This document shows positions 13,001 to 25,732 of a stretch of 64,000 nucleotides of DNA, one piece after another (position 1 is the stretch's first letter; each line of letters starts with the position of its first letter). Both the position numbers and the translations under genes were made by a program. The notes beneath the pieces were generated by a model. The model worked only from the letters and a program-made list of their open reading frames with translations, had not been told where the DNA came from and made no database searches. The DNA lies in NCBI GenBank assembly GCA_001949185.1, contig BDGG01000010.1:35001-99000 (forward strand), written 5' to 3'. The stretch comes from Ramazzottius varieornatus. Lineage: Eukaryota > Animalia > Tardigrada.

Positions 13001-14415
13001 TTTTCATTATTTTGTCGGTCGCTTCTGTGTCACTATCATAGTTTAGTCGTGGAAAATGGTCTCGGTTTCCACTTCTCTGCCGCACCTCTTTCGTGAGAAC
13101 GTTCGTTCCACAATATGAAACGGATTGTTGAGTAGAGCAAAATTTCCGTTAGACCAAACTATATTTTGTAAATTCTTTAGAGCAAGTAAACTACTCAAAG
13201 CGAGGAACAGAAGACCCCGAAGGTTCTCCGTTGGTGATTTGTGCTCGTTTGAGTCGGGAGAATCCTAACTGCAGTACTGACATAACCCACAAACTGGCTC
13301 GAGCTCGTTCTGTGGGTTTGTTGTTTTAGTTCCTCCACATTCCTTTTACTAGTACGATCCCGTCAAACGTCATTCAGGACTACGAGTTCCCAATAACTAG
13401 ATTAGACTCTTCCACAGTCGAAATCTGGGTACTCACCACTTGATCGACATTTTTCAGGGATGCCATTGCATGTTGGGGAGAGCCGGCAGAGTGGGCCCCG
13501 GAGGAGGCCGAGTCCGTTGACATGCTGCAGCTGGCCACCTCGTCTCCTTCTCCGTCAACGTCGACGGCGCTGTCACAGCTCCCGCTCCTGCCGCTATCTG
13601 GACTTGCGCTGGCTCTCCAACCCAATCTGTCAGCACAGCCACTACTCGCCAGGCGTAGCTCATCCTCATCGATCTCACGCTCAAACTGAATCAAAGTCGG
13701 CACTACTAGACCCAGTTTGGCCGCCATCCTCCCGAGCTCCATCATGCACAGCAAAACGTTCCTGCTGACAAAAACCGTTGTTACAAGTATAAATTCGGCG
13801 TTTCGGAAACAACCAAATTGCAACCAATTGCAATTCAAATCAGATTTTGACCGAATTGCAATTTGGTCAAAATCTGATTTGCAGTTTTGGAAAGAAAGTC
13901 ATAGAAAAAGGTGGCATATGAAGTTTGTTCTCTTCCGAAATGAAGAACATCACTTAATATACAAAATTCAATTCTCGAACTTTAAAAACATTTTTCGGGG
14001 CTTTTCAAGGATGCACGTACTTTTCATTTTTGCGTAGGACGAGATCATCGGTTTCGAACAGCAGGCATTCGCGCATCTTCATCGACCTGCACCACTTCAA
14101 GCAGTTGCAGATGTTATCCCTTGCTTGAAAAGTTCTCGGCTGGACATTGTGTCGGCATACAATAGGCACTCTCGTGGACGAGGAAGGAGCGAGAAGGTCA
14201 GGATAGCGCGTAGAGGCCGACGTCTCCCGCAGACGAGCAATTAAGTCATTGATTAGCTTGCCTAACAGCACTCCATTCTCCAAATACTCAAAGAATGAGT
14301 CGGCGGCGATGCCGCAATCGGGATAAAGGGTGGCGATCCATTCAGCCAAGTCTTCTCGCACGGCTACAAGGTACTCTTCCGTGCTGGAATAGGGCCGGAA
14401 TGAACGGTCGGCCAT
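10063..14415 (-). CDS. GAS2-like (pigs/GAS2L) actin-microtubule crosslinker, multi-exon
   Basis: CH-domain exon [22 protein letters not shown]...[15 protein letters not shown]...[14 protein letters not shown] (14415-14018); next exon [17 protein letters not shown]...[11 protein letters not shown]; GAR domain [20 protein letters not shown]...IYVR and a [10 protein letters not shown] exon (~11771-11530); disordered basic C-terminal exon ending at 10063. Confidence 0.88.
13836..13881. repeat. 46-bp near-perfect palindrome in a GAS2-like intron
   Basis: CAAATCAGATTTTGACC-G-AATTGCAATT-T-GGTCAAAATCTGATTTG equals its reverse complement except for one position pair. Confidence 0.8.
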
Positions 14416-16025
14416 TGCAACTACAGCTTCCGCTTCCGTTGGTCGAAGTGACGACTTACGTACTTGACCTACAGTTAGAATTAACCTCATAATGATACCC
14501 GATATGGTGGTAAACAAGAGTAATTATCTTCGTCAGAGATATCTTTCAAAGAAACGCGTCGAGCAGAAAATGCGAAACTTTGTTGCTCGAGTGACGGATA
14601 TCTAAAAGTGAGTTCGACACATTCGGGCTCTTGATCTCTAATTTTGAAGTTATATCAAGAAACCTTGTAGCAAATCAGCGTGTAAGATGGGTGATTTTTC
14701 TTCATTCTGTAGTATGAACTTTCGGATTCGGCCTGATTTCAGTCGGCAAGTGTATGAGTCGAGAAAGAGAAGTTCAGTTCTTTTCCGAAAACTGCGTTTG
14801 GTCGACTACGCGTTCAACGAGAAATCAGAATGCCTAGAATTAAGACTTACATTTCTGAGATTCCCACGAAGTTATGGAAAGGCGATAATCTGGAAAATAT
14901 TGACTGCGCGCCGATCAGCCTAGAAATCACGACTGTAAATATGCATAATCAAAAAGAGGAGAGAAGCATTCCGTGTCTACTGGCATTCATGAATAATTCC
15001 ATCGTCTGAATATTGATAGACTATCCACAGAGGCGCACTCGCAGCTACAAGAGACAACAGGGTCGATGAACATTTCCCAGCAGATGATCTGTTACATGTC
15101 AGCAAGTAACCAACTTTGAACCAGGACGGAAATTGGATCTCCCCTCGATGAATCCGCATCAGCACACGTTGGAGTTTATCTCTCAAGATATTCAGGACTT
15201 TCTGGTTGTCAACGATGCCTCGCGTCAACGCCAAACATGAGCCGGTGCAACGAGGCCCATAAAGCCTCGATAAAGTACCCAGTTGATGTGGCGCGGCTTT
15301 CTGTTCCCTGTGTGCTTGTCGAGAGTCAACTGTAAAATTGGCCGAACATCAAAGGAATCAATGGGCAGAGTATAAAGTTTGAAGAGTCAGCGGCAGACAC
15401 ACTTGATACTCGATAGATTGTGATCAGCCAGTACGACATACCGGATTTCAACTGAGCGGTTGACGACTATTATACAGTCAGCTGTAAAGATCTAACGAAA
15501 CAGAAAAACGAGCGGCTATCGGTTCTGATTGGATAGGCATGTTTTAAGCCACACCCTCGCATTCACGACTCTATTGTTTCACAGTTTTTCCGACCTTGGT
15601 CATTCTTGATTTTTTTTAATCAAATCAGATATTCGTATTAAAGGGTCTACGCTTCTAACGGCGGAGTTTGATTCAGGATCTTCAGTAAACTGAATCGGTT
15701 TACGGAATGTGTCCTATGGACTACTGCAGTGGAAACTGTGCTGCTGAAAGTCTGATCAGCTCCAGCTCGGATGATCCGTACACGTACTGCAGACGACAAG
15801 ACAGAGCAAAGAGTCAATCAAAAGCGGATTACACATATCCGCCACGGATATCCGCGCCATGCTGCAAATCATGTGGAAATATCAGCAGGCAGCCGCACTC
15901 TGATACATCAGCCGGAAACATTATAGCCCTAAATGGAAAAGTTAATGATTTCGGCCCCAGACACTATCATTACGCAAAATCTCCAGACGATAATTGCGCC
16001 TTGCTAAGCAAATCCAGCAAATATA

Positions 16026-17701
16026 TTATTCTGGAATATTTTTTCCTTTGGAGTTCTCGTTGATGACACCACATTTCTTCAAGCAAAGAATCTGTCCTTC
16101 TCCACCAAACGCAGCGAACGCAGTAGCCTGAAATACGTAACAAAGCGATCAAAAGGTAAACCATCGGAGACCCCCTCCGAGTTTCTCACAGCGTCTTTCT
16201 CAGCGTTTTCCTTGTCGACCATACTTTTCCTCACGCTTCTTCGAAAGGTAAGTTTCCCGGGCCTCCAGTTGTAGTTGGGTATACCGCGAACATCTAAAGT
16301 GGCGACATCTACACGCTTGTCCACGGGCAGCTGTTCGGTGTTAGGAGCACTTGCACCAGTGCTGTGAGGTCCCACAGAACTCCGCTTCTTTTTAGTACTT
16401 CCGCCCAACCGCTGTCCCCCGCTTTCAAATGCCTGTCAAATACGCGCAGTTTTCGCGTACAAGTGAATAGCATTGCAGTAGTTCCTTGACGGCTGTGGTG
16501 AATTCGAATAGGATTCAACTTACCGTAAAGCTCGGCGCACCGGGAACTTCTTTCGGGTCGATCAAAATGGGCTAAAGAATGAACAAAAAGTGTACAGTGG
16601 ATCTTAAAACTATTTGTGTATCTGTTTCTGAAAACGGGGGCAGTTCGATTCACTTCGTCTTCAACGTTGTTTTGTTTGACGACCTGTTCGGGTTCCTTGT
16701 AATCGACCGGTGCAGCAAAGTCAACCTGCATGTCGCACTCAATCACGGAAACTGCTGTAACCGGCTTTGTTTCCAGCACCGAAATTTCGTAAGTCTACTG
16801 CAAAATAATCAGCGTCAGGACGTGTTCTGATAAACATGAATAGCGGGTACGCTGAGCGAAGTACTGTATATGTACCCACCTTTGAGTTATACTCTACGCC
16901 AATGATGTCGCCAGTGGTCAGACAAGCATACCCTCGCAGTCCTCTTTCCAACCTGTGGTCGAGAAGGGAGAAATGTTGACCAAAACGCGATCGACCACAA
17001 GATCGGTGAACTCGAGGACATACACTGCACGATGGTCCGTAAACTCGAGGAATTCTGAGGTGACCGGCTGAAACTTAGCATAACTCGCTATTGGCAAGGA
17101 TATATTCTGAATGGTCAACACTTCACCATCTTTAATCTGCATGTTTTTCATCATCTGAAATCGAGAAAAAAGCTGAACTCAGCAAAGGATTTTGATGACG
17201 GAGCGGGAATTCGTACCCATGTGGGAAGGTAAGCGTTGCCTTCCTCGGCGATAAACTCAAGCACGCCGCAATGGGATCCTTTCCTGGTGATCTTGTTGGT
17301 CAGTTTGAAGAGCATGGGATACTCAACGTCCATCCGGTTCAGCGCCTCGAGCGCGGAGGGTGGGAGGATGATCTTGCCACCGACCTCAATATCTTGAACA
17401 CTGGTCCGGGTAGTCAGCGCAGGTGCACCGAAGCACTTGTAGTCGCGCCGAACGACTGCGCGCGTGGTGCTTGGTCCCAAGGCGTTTGCGCCGAACGGAA
17501 AATCCAAGAAGGAAAACTGGAAAAATATGATCGACATTTGATGCTAATCGGGAGCGCTAGGCTTTACTCCGAATAGGGGTGTGTGCAAGTCCTTGATTAA
17601 TACGGAGTACAGAGCTTACACTTATAGCTCCTGTGCGTAAGGTGCTTCACCTAAGTTAAAGTGCCAGAAGGCTGGTCAAAGTCTGATACCCGAGTTACCA
17701 T
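16026..17701 (-). CDS. UFD1: Ubiquitin fusion degradation protein 1 (p97/Cdc48 cofactor), multi-exon
   Basis: ATG-only first coding exon (17701-17699 followed by GTAACT), then FSFLDF..., [14 protein letters not shown]...YPMLFKLTN...[58 protein letters not shown] and C-terminal SHP-box-like [11 protein letters not shown]. The exact stop is tentative. Confidence 0.92.
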
Positions 17702-18060
17702 TTCTTCGTCTTTCACGTCTCGTGAGTAATACAGGTCGGCCCGGCCGTATTGTTTCGTCAGGCGGTAATAAATAGCAAGCGAGGTTTGAAGCTAAGTTGA
17801 TGCGATGGCTTGAGCTTATTCACTACAGAGCACCTGGTTCTTCCGTAAGAGCAACCAGGCCCCGGGTGGAGAGACTGCATCTGAGCCATGACAACTAAGC
17901 GATGTTTCATCTACGGACAACTTTCGCCTTCTTCGGCAAGCAGCTGTTACTCTTTTGTGAAATCTGGGACGGCCATAGTTTTTGCTGCACTTTGCGTCAA
18001 CTTGGACATTCCAGAAAGTCGAGATCAGCTCGTGATCAATCCCGCCACCAGGCCAGATTA

Positions 18061-19972
18061 CCTGATACGCTCTCTGATCCCCGGTATGTACGATCCACCG
18101 GACAGTCGTACACGTGAATCAATCCCGGGTAGTGAGAACGCGGCAAACCGGCTAATCGACGATGAGCTGTCAATCAGTCGAAAGGGGTGCAGAATCAGGT
18201 CATCAGTGGCACGCTAGCATGACCGTGTGTGGTATATACTGTAATGCTTCTTAAACTTCGCGAATCACGTGGTCATACGCGTAAATTTTGCCCGTTGGGT
18301 ACTAGTATCACGCAGTCTAGCCAATCAACAATCCATCATATACCACACTATCGATGGAAAATTTAGCCCGGCAGATTAGTTATCTTCCACAGAAGTAAAG
18401 CTGCATTCAAGAGTGCAGTTAAGTTCTACATCATTCTCGTCAGCCAACATGTAGAATGGTTCAGGCAAACGTAGATTCGATCCACTGGATATCCAAGCTC
18501 GACTGCCACCATTCCAAAGCTGCGACGACGAAAAATGCAAATAATTTTCGACCGGAAGTGCTATTACAATAGAAAACTGAAACCTTCGCACCTGCTTGTA
18601 CCAAAAACCACGATGTTTCCGGGAACGTCCCGCTTTTCCAGAGTGCTCTCTGATAGCTTGCCCGTGTTCTTATTACCCTTCAATACGACCACAGCCGAAA
18701 ATTCATATCCGTCTGATGCGATGGCCAGACTCACGGTGAAGTTTTCTTTCGGTGCATTTGGATCAATCACGGTCACTTCTTTCACTCCTTTCGCTTAGAG
18801 TGTTTTCTTGTGAGAATTCGAAAGCTTCACGGACGTTTCGTCAAAGTTGATCAGCGTGCAAGGCGGAGTATCGTTCAGGGTCACGATCTCCTACATGTGC
18901 AGGAGATCTCTGCACTATCTGGTGTCGTTTCTGATACTTGTAAAGCGATCCTCTCGAGGCTTTGAAGTCTGTTATACCCATTTTTTTGGCAACCTGTGGC
19001 GCAATCCGCTGGATATCCGACTCCTGAACTCTCTTCCCTAGTTTCCGAGCGTCTTCAAATCTCCTGTAGATTTATCCATCCATGTCCAAGGACCGCGGCG
19101 TCTTCCCACCTTTGATCCTTGCTGGCAGATGTCTGAAAGAAGAAACGCTATTAAAGATAACTGTTGAGCCAGAGAATAAAACACACTTACAGCCATCCTC
19201 GAAGGGTGGACTCTGGGATCCTGTGCTCCTCTGCAAACTTGTACAGTGGCCTTCCAGAGTTCTTGAACGACTCCACAGCACGCTTCGCTTCTCCCTCTCC
19301 ATATCCCTTCCGCTTTCTGATTCTCCCCAACGAATCCATAACAGCAAAATTCACCAAAGAGTTACGAGAATCATGAATGTAGACAGAATCTATGAATTCG
19401 ATAGTATCATGGTAAGGAAGAGACAATCAAACAACCAACCCAGTTCAAAATCTCATATGACTTTACTTGCGGATAATTTTCATGCGTACGATGACGTGCT
19501 TCGCGAAGTTCAAGAAGCATTACAGTACGAGGTAAACGACATAATTCGGGCATAGGGGTTTTTCACTCGTAATCCGGACATATTTTTTCTCAGCTCCTGC
19601 TGCGCTTAATGAACCGCTTCTTGTTTTCTGAGGTAGACTGATCCCTCTCCTCGAGATTTCAATAGGTTCGAGATCGGGAAAGCGTTGTAGATCACGGGAA
19701 TTTGGCCTGGGATAGAGATGGGTCTGTCCAATGTTAAAAAGCCTAATGTTGTGTCAACACACGTACGATGAGGGATGAATCAAGCGTTGAAGGTAATGTT
19801 CAAAACTTTCGCGTTTCCCGAATTATGTCGTTTACCTCGTACCGCGTACGTTCGACTGATTGACAGCTGATCGTCGACTAGCCGGTTTGCCGCGTTCTCA
19901 CTACCCGGGACTGATTCACGCGTACGACTGACCAGTGGATCGTACATACCGTGTATCACAGATCCTATCAGC
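18061..19972 (-). mobile_element. Decayed, internally deleted pogo/Tigger-like DNA transposon with ~120-bp TIRs
   Basis: 18062-18182 is the reverse complement of 19851-19971. Inside: HTH exon (AEEHRIPESTLRGWL) and DDE_1 start LINFDETSV...KTL*AKGVKEV...KENFTVSLAIASDG with stops; the later catalytic Asp residues are missing. Confidence 0.8.
19526..19841. mobile_element. Mariner-type MITE nested in the pogo-like element
   Basis: Perfect 25-bp inverted ends TA-CGAGGTAAACGACATAATTCGGG ... CCCGAATTATGTCGTTTACCTCG-TA with TA at both ends; a related, diverged left end begins at ~22945. Confidence 0.8.
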
Positions 19973-20865
19973 TGACAGTGGGCAATAAACTGTGCGTTTT
20001 TCGAACCTATATTGCTTGGGTGTATAGTGACTTACAGGGTGATCACGCCAAGTGACTACCACCTCCTAATATTCATGGCGCTCTCGACTGCGTGTACGTC
20101 GGTCCTCAGAACTGTTTTTCGGTAGATCAGGTTGGCACACTGTCTTTGGCTGATTGAGTCCCAACATGGAGACCTTGATTGGTTTCCGGTAAACAATTAC
20201 CGCTTTTCGAAAATTTCAAATTTTCCTACTAGACTTTTTCCAGTACAACAGTGCCTCTTCGATTCTGTTCTAATTTGAGTCATTGCCTTCTGGAATGTTT
20301 TGTTTTCGCTGAGAACGGAACAGGTTTACGTGTCTTCTTGTGCGATCGCCAGTTACGGTTTACCACAGGACGGCTGTTGACGCCGAACAGTCTGTGCTGT
20401 CGTTTCTTCTGACGTTAAGACAGCCTCTTCCGGACGGAACCTGGATACTCCGCTTCATTAAGCTCGAAAGGGAGAGATCATTGAGTACTTCTAACCCCCT
20501 AACCCTTTCCGTAATTAAAACCGTCCCCTCAAAGCAATGTCAAATCAAATCGGGAGGACCTACGCAGGTTAATGGGTGAATGTTTTGGATACTGATCAAG
20601 CCTTCTCGGTGGGCGAGCTCACGAGAGTAGTGAGTGACAGTACAGTAGCGCAATAAAAGGATCTGTAAGCAAACAGGGTGCGCGACTCGACCGGGGGACG
20701 CATGAGTGGTACGGGCTGTATGAGTCACGGCTCAGTTTAGTGACTCAAAGTGTGCACGGGCAGGTCATTGGCTGCACTTACGCCCAGCGCGTGCACAACT
20801 CCTATTTTAAATGCGGCGACTTTTCATGGTGACGTCCTCTTGCTCGCGTCACACCTGTAATCCAG

Positions 20866-21475
20866 ATGAACAGAACCACTACTGTGTCACATTTTCCGGC
20901 AGGTCCGGATATTCTTCGCGGTACGGTTTACTTTTCTCAAGCATTCTTGGTGCTGTTTGGAATTATACCTCCGTTAGTGGCATTTGCCAATAACCGTGAT
21001 CTGCGGAGTCCTTTCAACCTTTACATCATTAGCGTACTCATAGCTGAGCTGTTTGCCTGCCTCAATATGGTCATGATGGCTTCGCAAACTCTCTGGATCA
21101 CTGTCCGACAGCACAAGCTGACTTGTCAAGCCGAGTTAACCGTTTCGTATGCGGCAATAACCCTGTACCTGGTATCCCACTTGATGATCAGTGTCAACCG
21201 GATGTGGGCAACATTCCTTCCAGTTCATTATCGAACTCATCACACTAGGAAGACAGCATTCCTTGTTTGCTGTGCTGCGATTATTTCCGTCCTGATTTTG
21301 GTTGTTCCTTACACAATACGCAATACGCCATACACCGTACCTAGAAACGCCTTTGCGGTTTTGCTCAATAGTCGTCGGCTCACAACCAATCTATCAATAT
21401 GTTGTATTCGGGACGCATGTTACCGCTTTGTTCCTGATCCTGCTGACATATCCACCTCTGTTAGTCAAGTAACTT
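20866..21475 (+). pseudogene. Rhodopsin-class GPCR pseudogene (TM1-TM5 only)
   Basis: TM1, LRSPFNLYIISVLIAE (TM2), C-x...ISVNRMWATFLPVHYR (DRY-equivalent) and TM4. A frameshift in ECL2 puts FCSIV...LFLILLTYPPLLVK* (TM5) in another frame; no TM6/7 seen. Confidence 0.7.
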
Positions 21476-21978
21476 CATCGATATCGGATAAAGTACAGGG
21501 TAATTCAGAATCACTGGACGGGCTTTGAAGTGCTGCAGAAAAATTAACACTAATCCAGCTGGCTCCCAGTTTCGTGAAGCATACTTTAGTACAAACTTCA
21601 AAAACTCAAAATCATTGTGGTGAATTTCGCTGTAGGCTACATGAGCCTCAAAAAATTTAGTGGAAGAAATGTGAACAACCCGGAAATCGGTAGTACTTTC
21701 GAGACAGCAAAGTGTGCACACTTGAAATATTTCTTCTGGAACATGAGCATACTTAAACTTTTTTTCGCTAATGCTATCTAGATCGAAACTTCATTGAGTA
21801 AAGGAATAAAAACAGATCCTGTTGTGATATCCTAGACTGGTGCGATCTGCCACAGTCAATCTAGCGATTGCAGCAGAATTTTCCTGTTCATTCCCACGTT
21901 TTGATTTTTATGCAGACTATAGAGGGTAAACTTTATTTTCATTGAAAGCCTGTGTAAGAGTTTATGTAAAAAATGTAT

Positions 21979-22565
21979 CACTATGGGCACCCCTGTTTTT
22001 GAAATCAGTCTGTCCTTCGGAATTTTTTGGCCAGATTTACGCCGCGTTACAACCGAATATACTGTAGTATCTTGACCACAGCTCTGTAGTAATCTTGACC
22101 ATCCCATCGTAGTAACTTTGTGGCAGCATTGTACTACTTTGCCCGACTATGTCTGACAGTGAGGTTGTTGATGATAAAGCCAGTGACGAAAAACTTTTGC
22201 CAGAGAATTGGACCGAGTGCAATTGAAACCGAAACGGACTCGGCGTGCGACCAAGGCCGTGGCCGAAGACCGAAAAACGGGTGGACGATAGAGAAACCTC
22301 AACTGATTATGACAGTAGATGAAGCTGTCGCAATTCGAGTTAGGCTAATAGCATGCACGCCAATAGACCCATTGTGGGATGGTGCGCTTGATTAAAACAT
22401 GGTTTCTGTCCCTCAATAAAACTCGGGGTGTCGATAGCTGTTTGCCGGATCAGGGGTTTACTGATTAATCAATTAAGTAGGGGTGCCTTTAGCAAAACAG
22501 AAATTAAATAGGGGTGCGATAGGGGTGTCTACAGCCAAACAGGGTTTTCAGGGGTGCCCGTAGCC
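21979..22565. mobile_element. Possible Transib-like non-autonomous element
   Basis: Left end CACTATGGGCACCCCTG (Transib TIRs begin CACWATG); right end CAGGGGTGCCCGTAG is its degenerate reverse complement, preceded by several subterminal GGGGTG motifs. No clean 5-bp TSD. Confidence 0.35.
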
Positions 22566-23011
22566 ATTTCCAAGAATGATTCCGTATTCCATATTTCGGC
22601 AAAATATGAAACTATGAAAGGTGTTCAATCGGCTGACATTGAACTAACCATCAGATCATCTCCACTTTTGGGTAATAGATGAAGAACGACATCCCGAGCC
22701 ACGTACATCCAATCCAACACTTTTGGGTCAGGAATAATGCAATACTGACCCAAACTAATAAGGCCACAAGGCTAAAAACCATTTGACGCTTGTGGCGACC
22801 GACTGATCGAATGTCTTATTAAAGCAGAAGGTGAGCTTTTTTGACATACGTTCTAAACATCGGCCGAACTGAGAGCGACACGAAGTCCGGCTTCGTGTCG
22901 CTCTCAAATTGCCTAACTCACAGACCACTGTCGGGAGCAAAGAGTACGAGGTGAACGACATACTTTAGGCATAGCGGTTTTTCCACCAATAATTCGGCCA
23001 TATTTTACTTA

Positions 23012-24630
23012 TCCTACCCCTATACTATTATAACCCGAAAAAGGCTTCTGACGAGGTCGTGGATCGTTTGAGAAGGAATGTTTGAGCAGAAATCGAAACA
23101 CCATATCCTCGACACGCTCGTCCTTCGAGGCCTGACGTCGCTTATGAGTTATTCGTCAAACTGCACTCATAACCACACTCTTTGTAGAAATATCTTAGGA
23201 CGAAGTCAACGATCCGAAAAAACTTATGGAAAGACCCGCCGAAAGACACGATCGAACAGTTACTCGAGTTCCTTATGCACTCGATTAACGGAGACCGTTT
23301 CATCGAGAATCCAGCAGCGATCGCATTAGTGAGTTCGGCCGGTTCGGCTCCACCCACGTGCTTGGTTTCGATTGGCTGGTTCTGACGCTAATTCAGCTTC
23401 TTGCGCTTAACGGGTAGCATATCAACCTCTGGAATTCCAGTTCATTCCAGACTACTTTTTTCTCGAACCTCAGCTCGCCGGGCTCTGTCCAAGGCCTAAC
23501 AAAAACTCACGATCCGAATTCGATTAGAATCTCGAGTCTGGTCACTGCTGGTACGGTTTGAATTTCCAATCAAACATAGTAAAGCATGGTCCACACTCTG
23601 AAATTTCATTCGAAGATTTCCGGATAATCTCGAATCAAGGGTAGGGTGATAAAAAAAAGTGACATTGATCTGTTCTTTAGTACGATGGTGACGAGGGTCA
23701 GTCCACTGATCTGTTCCCGGCATCTTTACTTCCATTTCGAGACCGCCATTGATTATTTTTTCTGAGGTTATTAATTTTTGGGCAAACGCTCCTGGAATGA
23801 AAAACAGGAAAGGAATTCCAGGTACTGCAATAGTTCTTTGAATTCTACTTTTTCAATCTTTCCTGGTGTATAATTTAAGTTCAAAGTTCTCTTTTCGGTC
23901 TGCACCTGCGTGTCTGTTGCAAACTCAAAAATTCGCATTCCACAATCGTATTATTATTGAAGTCGAAAACCGCTTTCACAGTGCGCGATGGTGTTGAGTT
24001 GGCCGTTCTTCGCAAAGGTAACCAGTACAGAATTTGTCCCTAAAAATGGTAAGAGTTTTCACGGAAACTTAGGTACATTATATTAGGCGTTCTCTGAGAG
24101 CCGACAGCATCCCTGTCTTCGACGAAATATCTCTTGTGTTTTTCTTGATTTAAAGCAAGCTGCAAGCGAGCCGAAGGCGAAGCGAACAGCTTGTAATTGC
24201 TACTGATATATGCATCCATTGGGATTTTGTTAGAATTTCCAGAGTGTTACAGCTGTGGCATACGATGATATAAATGATGATCGCGAATCCACAGGAAAGA
24301 GATCAGGATCGACATGATTTTCGTAAACCCCGTCGTTCAGGTTTAACTGTAGCGTTGGCTATTCTTTTTGTTTGCCATGAGCTGTTTCTTCCACTGCAGC
24401 TGTGTTTCGGCAGTTCTTTAGCAGTTCGGCTTCAAATACTGCGACCGTAACTGCAGCTTTGTTGTTCAGAGCTTTAACTGCTTCCATGACTGCTTAAACT
24501 TCAAGAGGCATTATGTGTCCTACGCCTATACTATTATAACGCGAAAACAAACTGTTGACGTGGTCGTGGACCGTTTTGAGAAGGAATTCTTGGACGAAAA
24601 TCGCAACACGATGTCTCCGAACTGCTCGGA
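23012..24630 (+). repeat. Diverged ~100-bp direct repeat pair (23012-23120 and ~24518-24630)
   Basis: Both copies read TCCTAC..CTATACTATTATAAC.CGAAAA...GACG.GGTCGTGGA.CGTTT.GAGAAGGAAT...AAATCG.AACAC; the first copy follows a mariner-like MITE end. Confidence 0.6.
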
Positions 24631-25636
24631 TGGGACCAGATAATTATTTTTTTGGACGAAATCCCAAACGTACTTGCCGGTGTAGCAATTTACGTTTCCT
24701 TACTTTTGATTAATCTCGCTTGCAACATTGGCAACTAAGGGCCAGGCAAGGGTTATTCGAGACTAGCAGCTACAAATTCGCATTAGACCACCTGTGCAAG
24801 GTTCATGAAAACGCTGACATTCGGGGATTCTTTCTGGATAAACTAAAATCAATGGCCTGCCTGGCGAACGATAATCCGTTTGTCGGCTGGTAATACTTTG
24901 GTGCTACAGTATCCGGGTTTCCGAGAAAGTGAGACAGGGAAGAAGGACGGGGCTCTGGGACTGGCTTTTCATCTTTTTCAGTTGAAATTTCGTGTGGTTT
25001 CGTTCTAGGGAAAAAGTTTTGGATTGCAGATATGAAGTTATTCTGTCTATCACCAAGGCGCACGTGAGCATCTCTCTTCCTGTTATTATAGCCCGGAAAA
25101 AGCTTCTGAAGAGTTCCCGGACCATGACAGAGGGGCTTCTCAACGAAGATCGCAGTACCATGTAGGCAGCACTTTCGAATCATGCCACTTCATGTTTCTC
25201 CGAAGAGATATAGAACGTGCTCTTTCGTTTCCGTGCTTCTGAGTGGGCTGATTAAAACTGACTCATAACGCTGGAATCGAAATGCAAGCAAACCGCCTGA
25301 GGTCAGTCAAAGGTTATTTATTTCGAACTACGGCACCATTAAACTTTTGAAAGACCGCCTGCCTTCGAAAAAATCACTATCTAAACGATTAATGAAGAGC
25401 AAAAACCATTCGTCATGATCAGCTAATAAGAAAAGCGGAACTCCACGCCTGTCGTACGTTGCCATCCACGGCGAATCAGACGTGCACCCTAATCTAGAAC
25501 TGATTCATACGATATCAAGCGCTGTTTCCGCGATATCACAAGCTTCAGTCGAGAATAGGGGAATTGCAAAGCTAGCAGCAGAATTTAGAAAACGAGCGTT
25601 AATAGATTTCCTTATATATATTTTTGGAAAAGCGTT

Positions 25637-25732
25637 CGCAGTCACGTGACAGGCCCATGAAATAATGCCCGGGTGATCATGATTTGGTCAGCAACCTCCG
25701 GATCTACTTTACGGGTCTGTCATGTGACTGCG
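25637..25732. repeat. Short inverted repeat / MITE remnant
   Basis: CGCAGTCACGTGACAGGCCCATGA pairs with the reverse complement of TTACGGGTCTGTCATGTGACTGCG (about 20/24). Confidence 0.55.

Noticed and set aside
14977-15234. 85-aa ORF upstream of GAS2-like
   Set aside because: Could be an exon, but I can support neither a family nor a splice model.
24803-25183. Overlapping minus-strand ORF fragments
   Set aside because: Possibly a decayed gene, but no identifiable domain.
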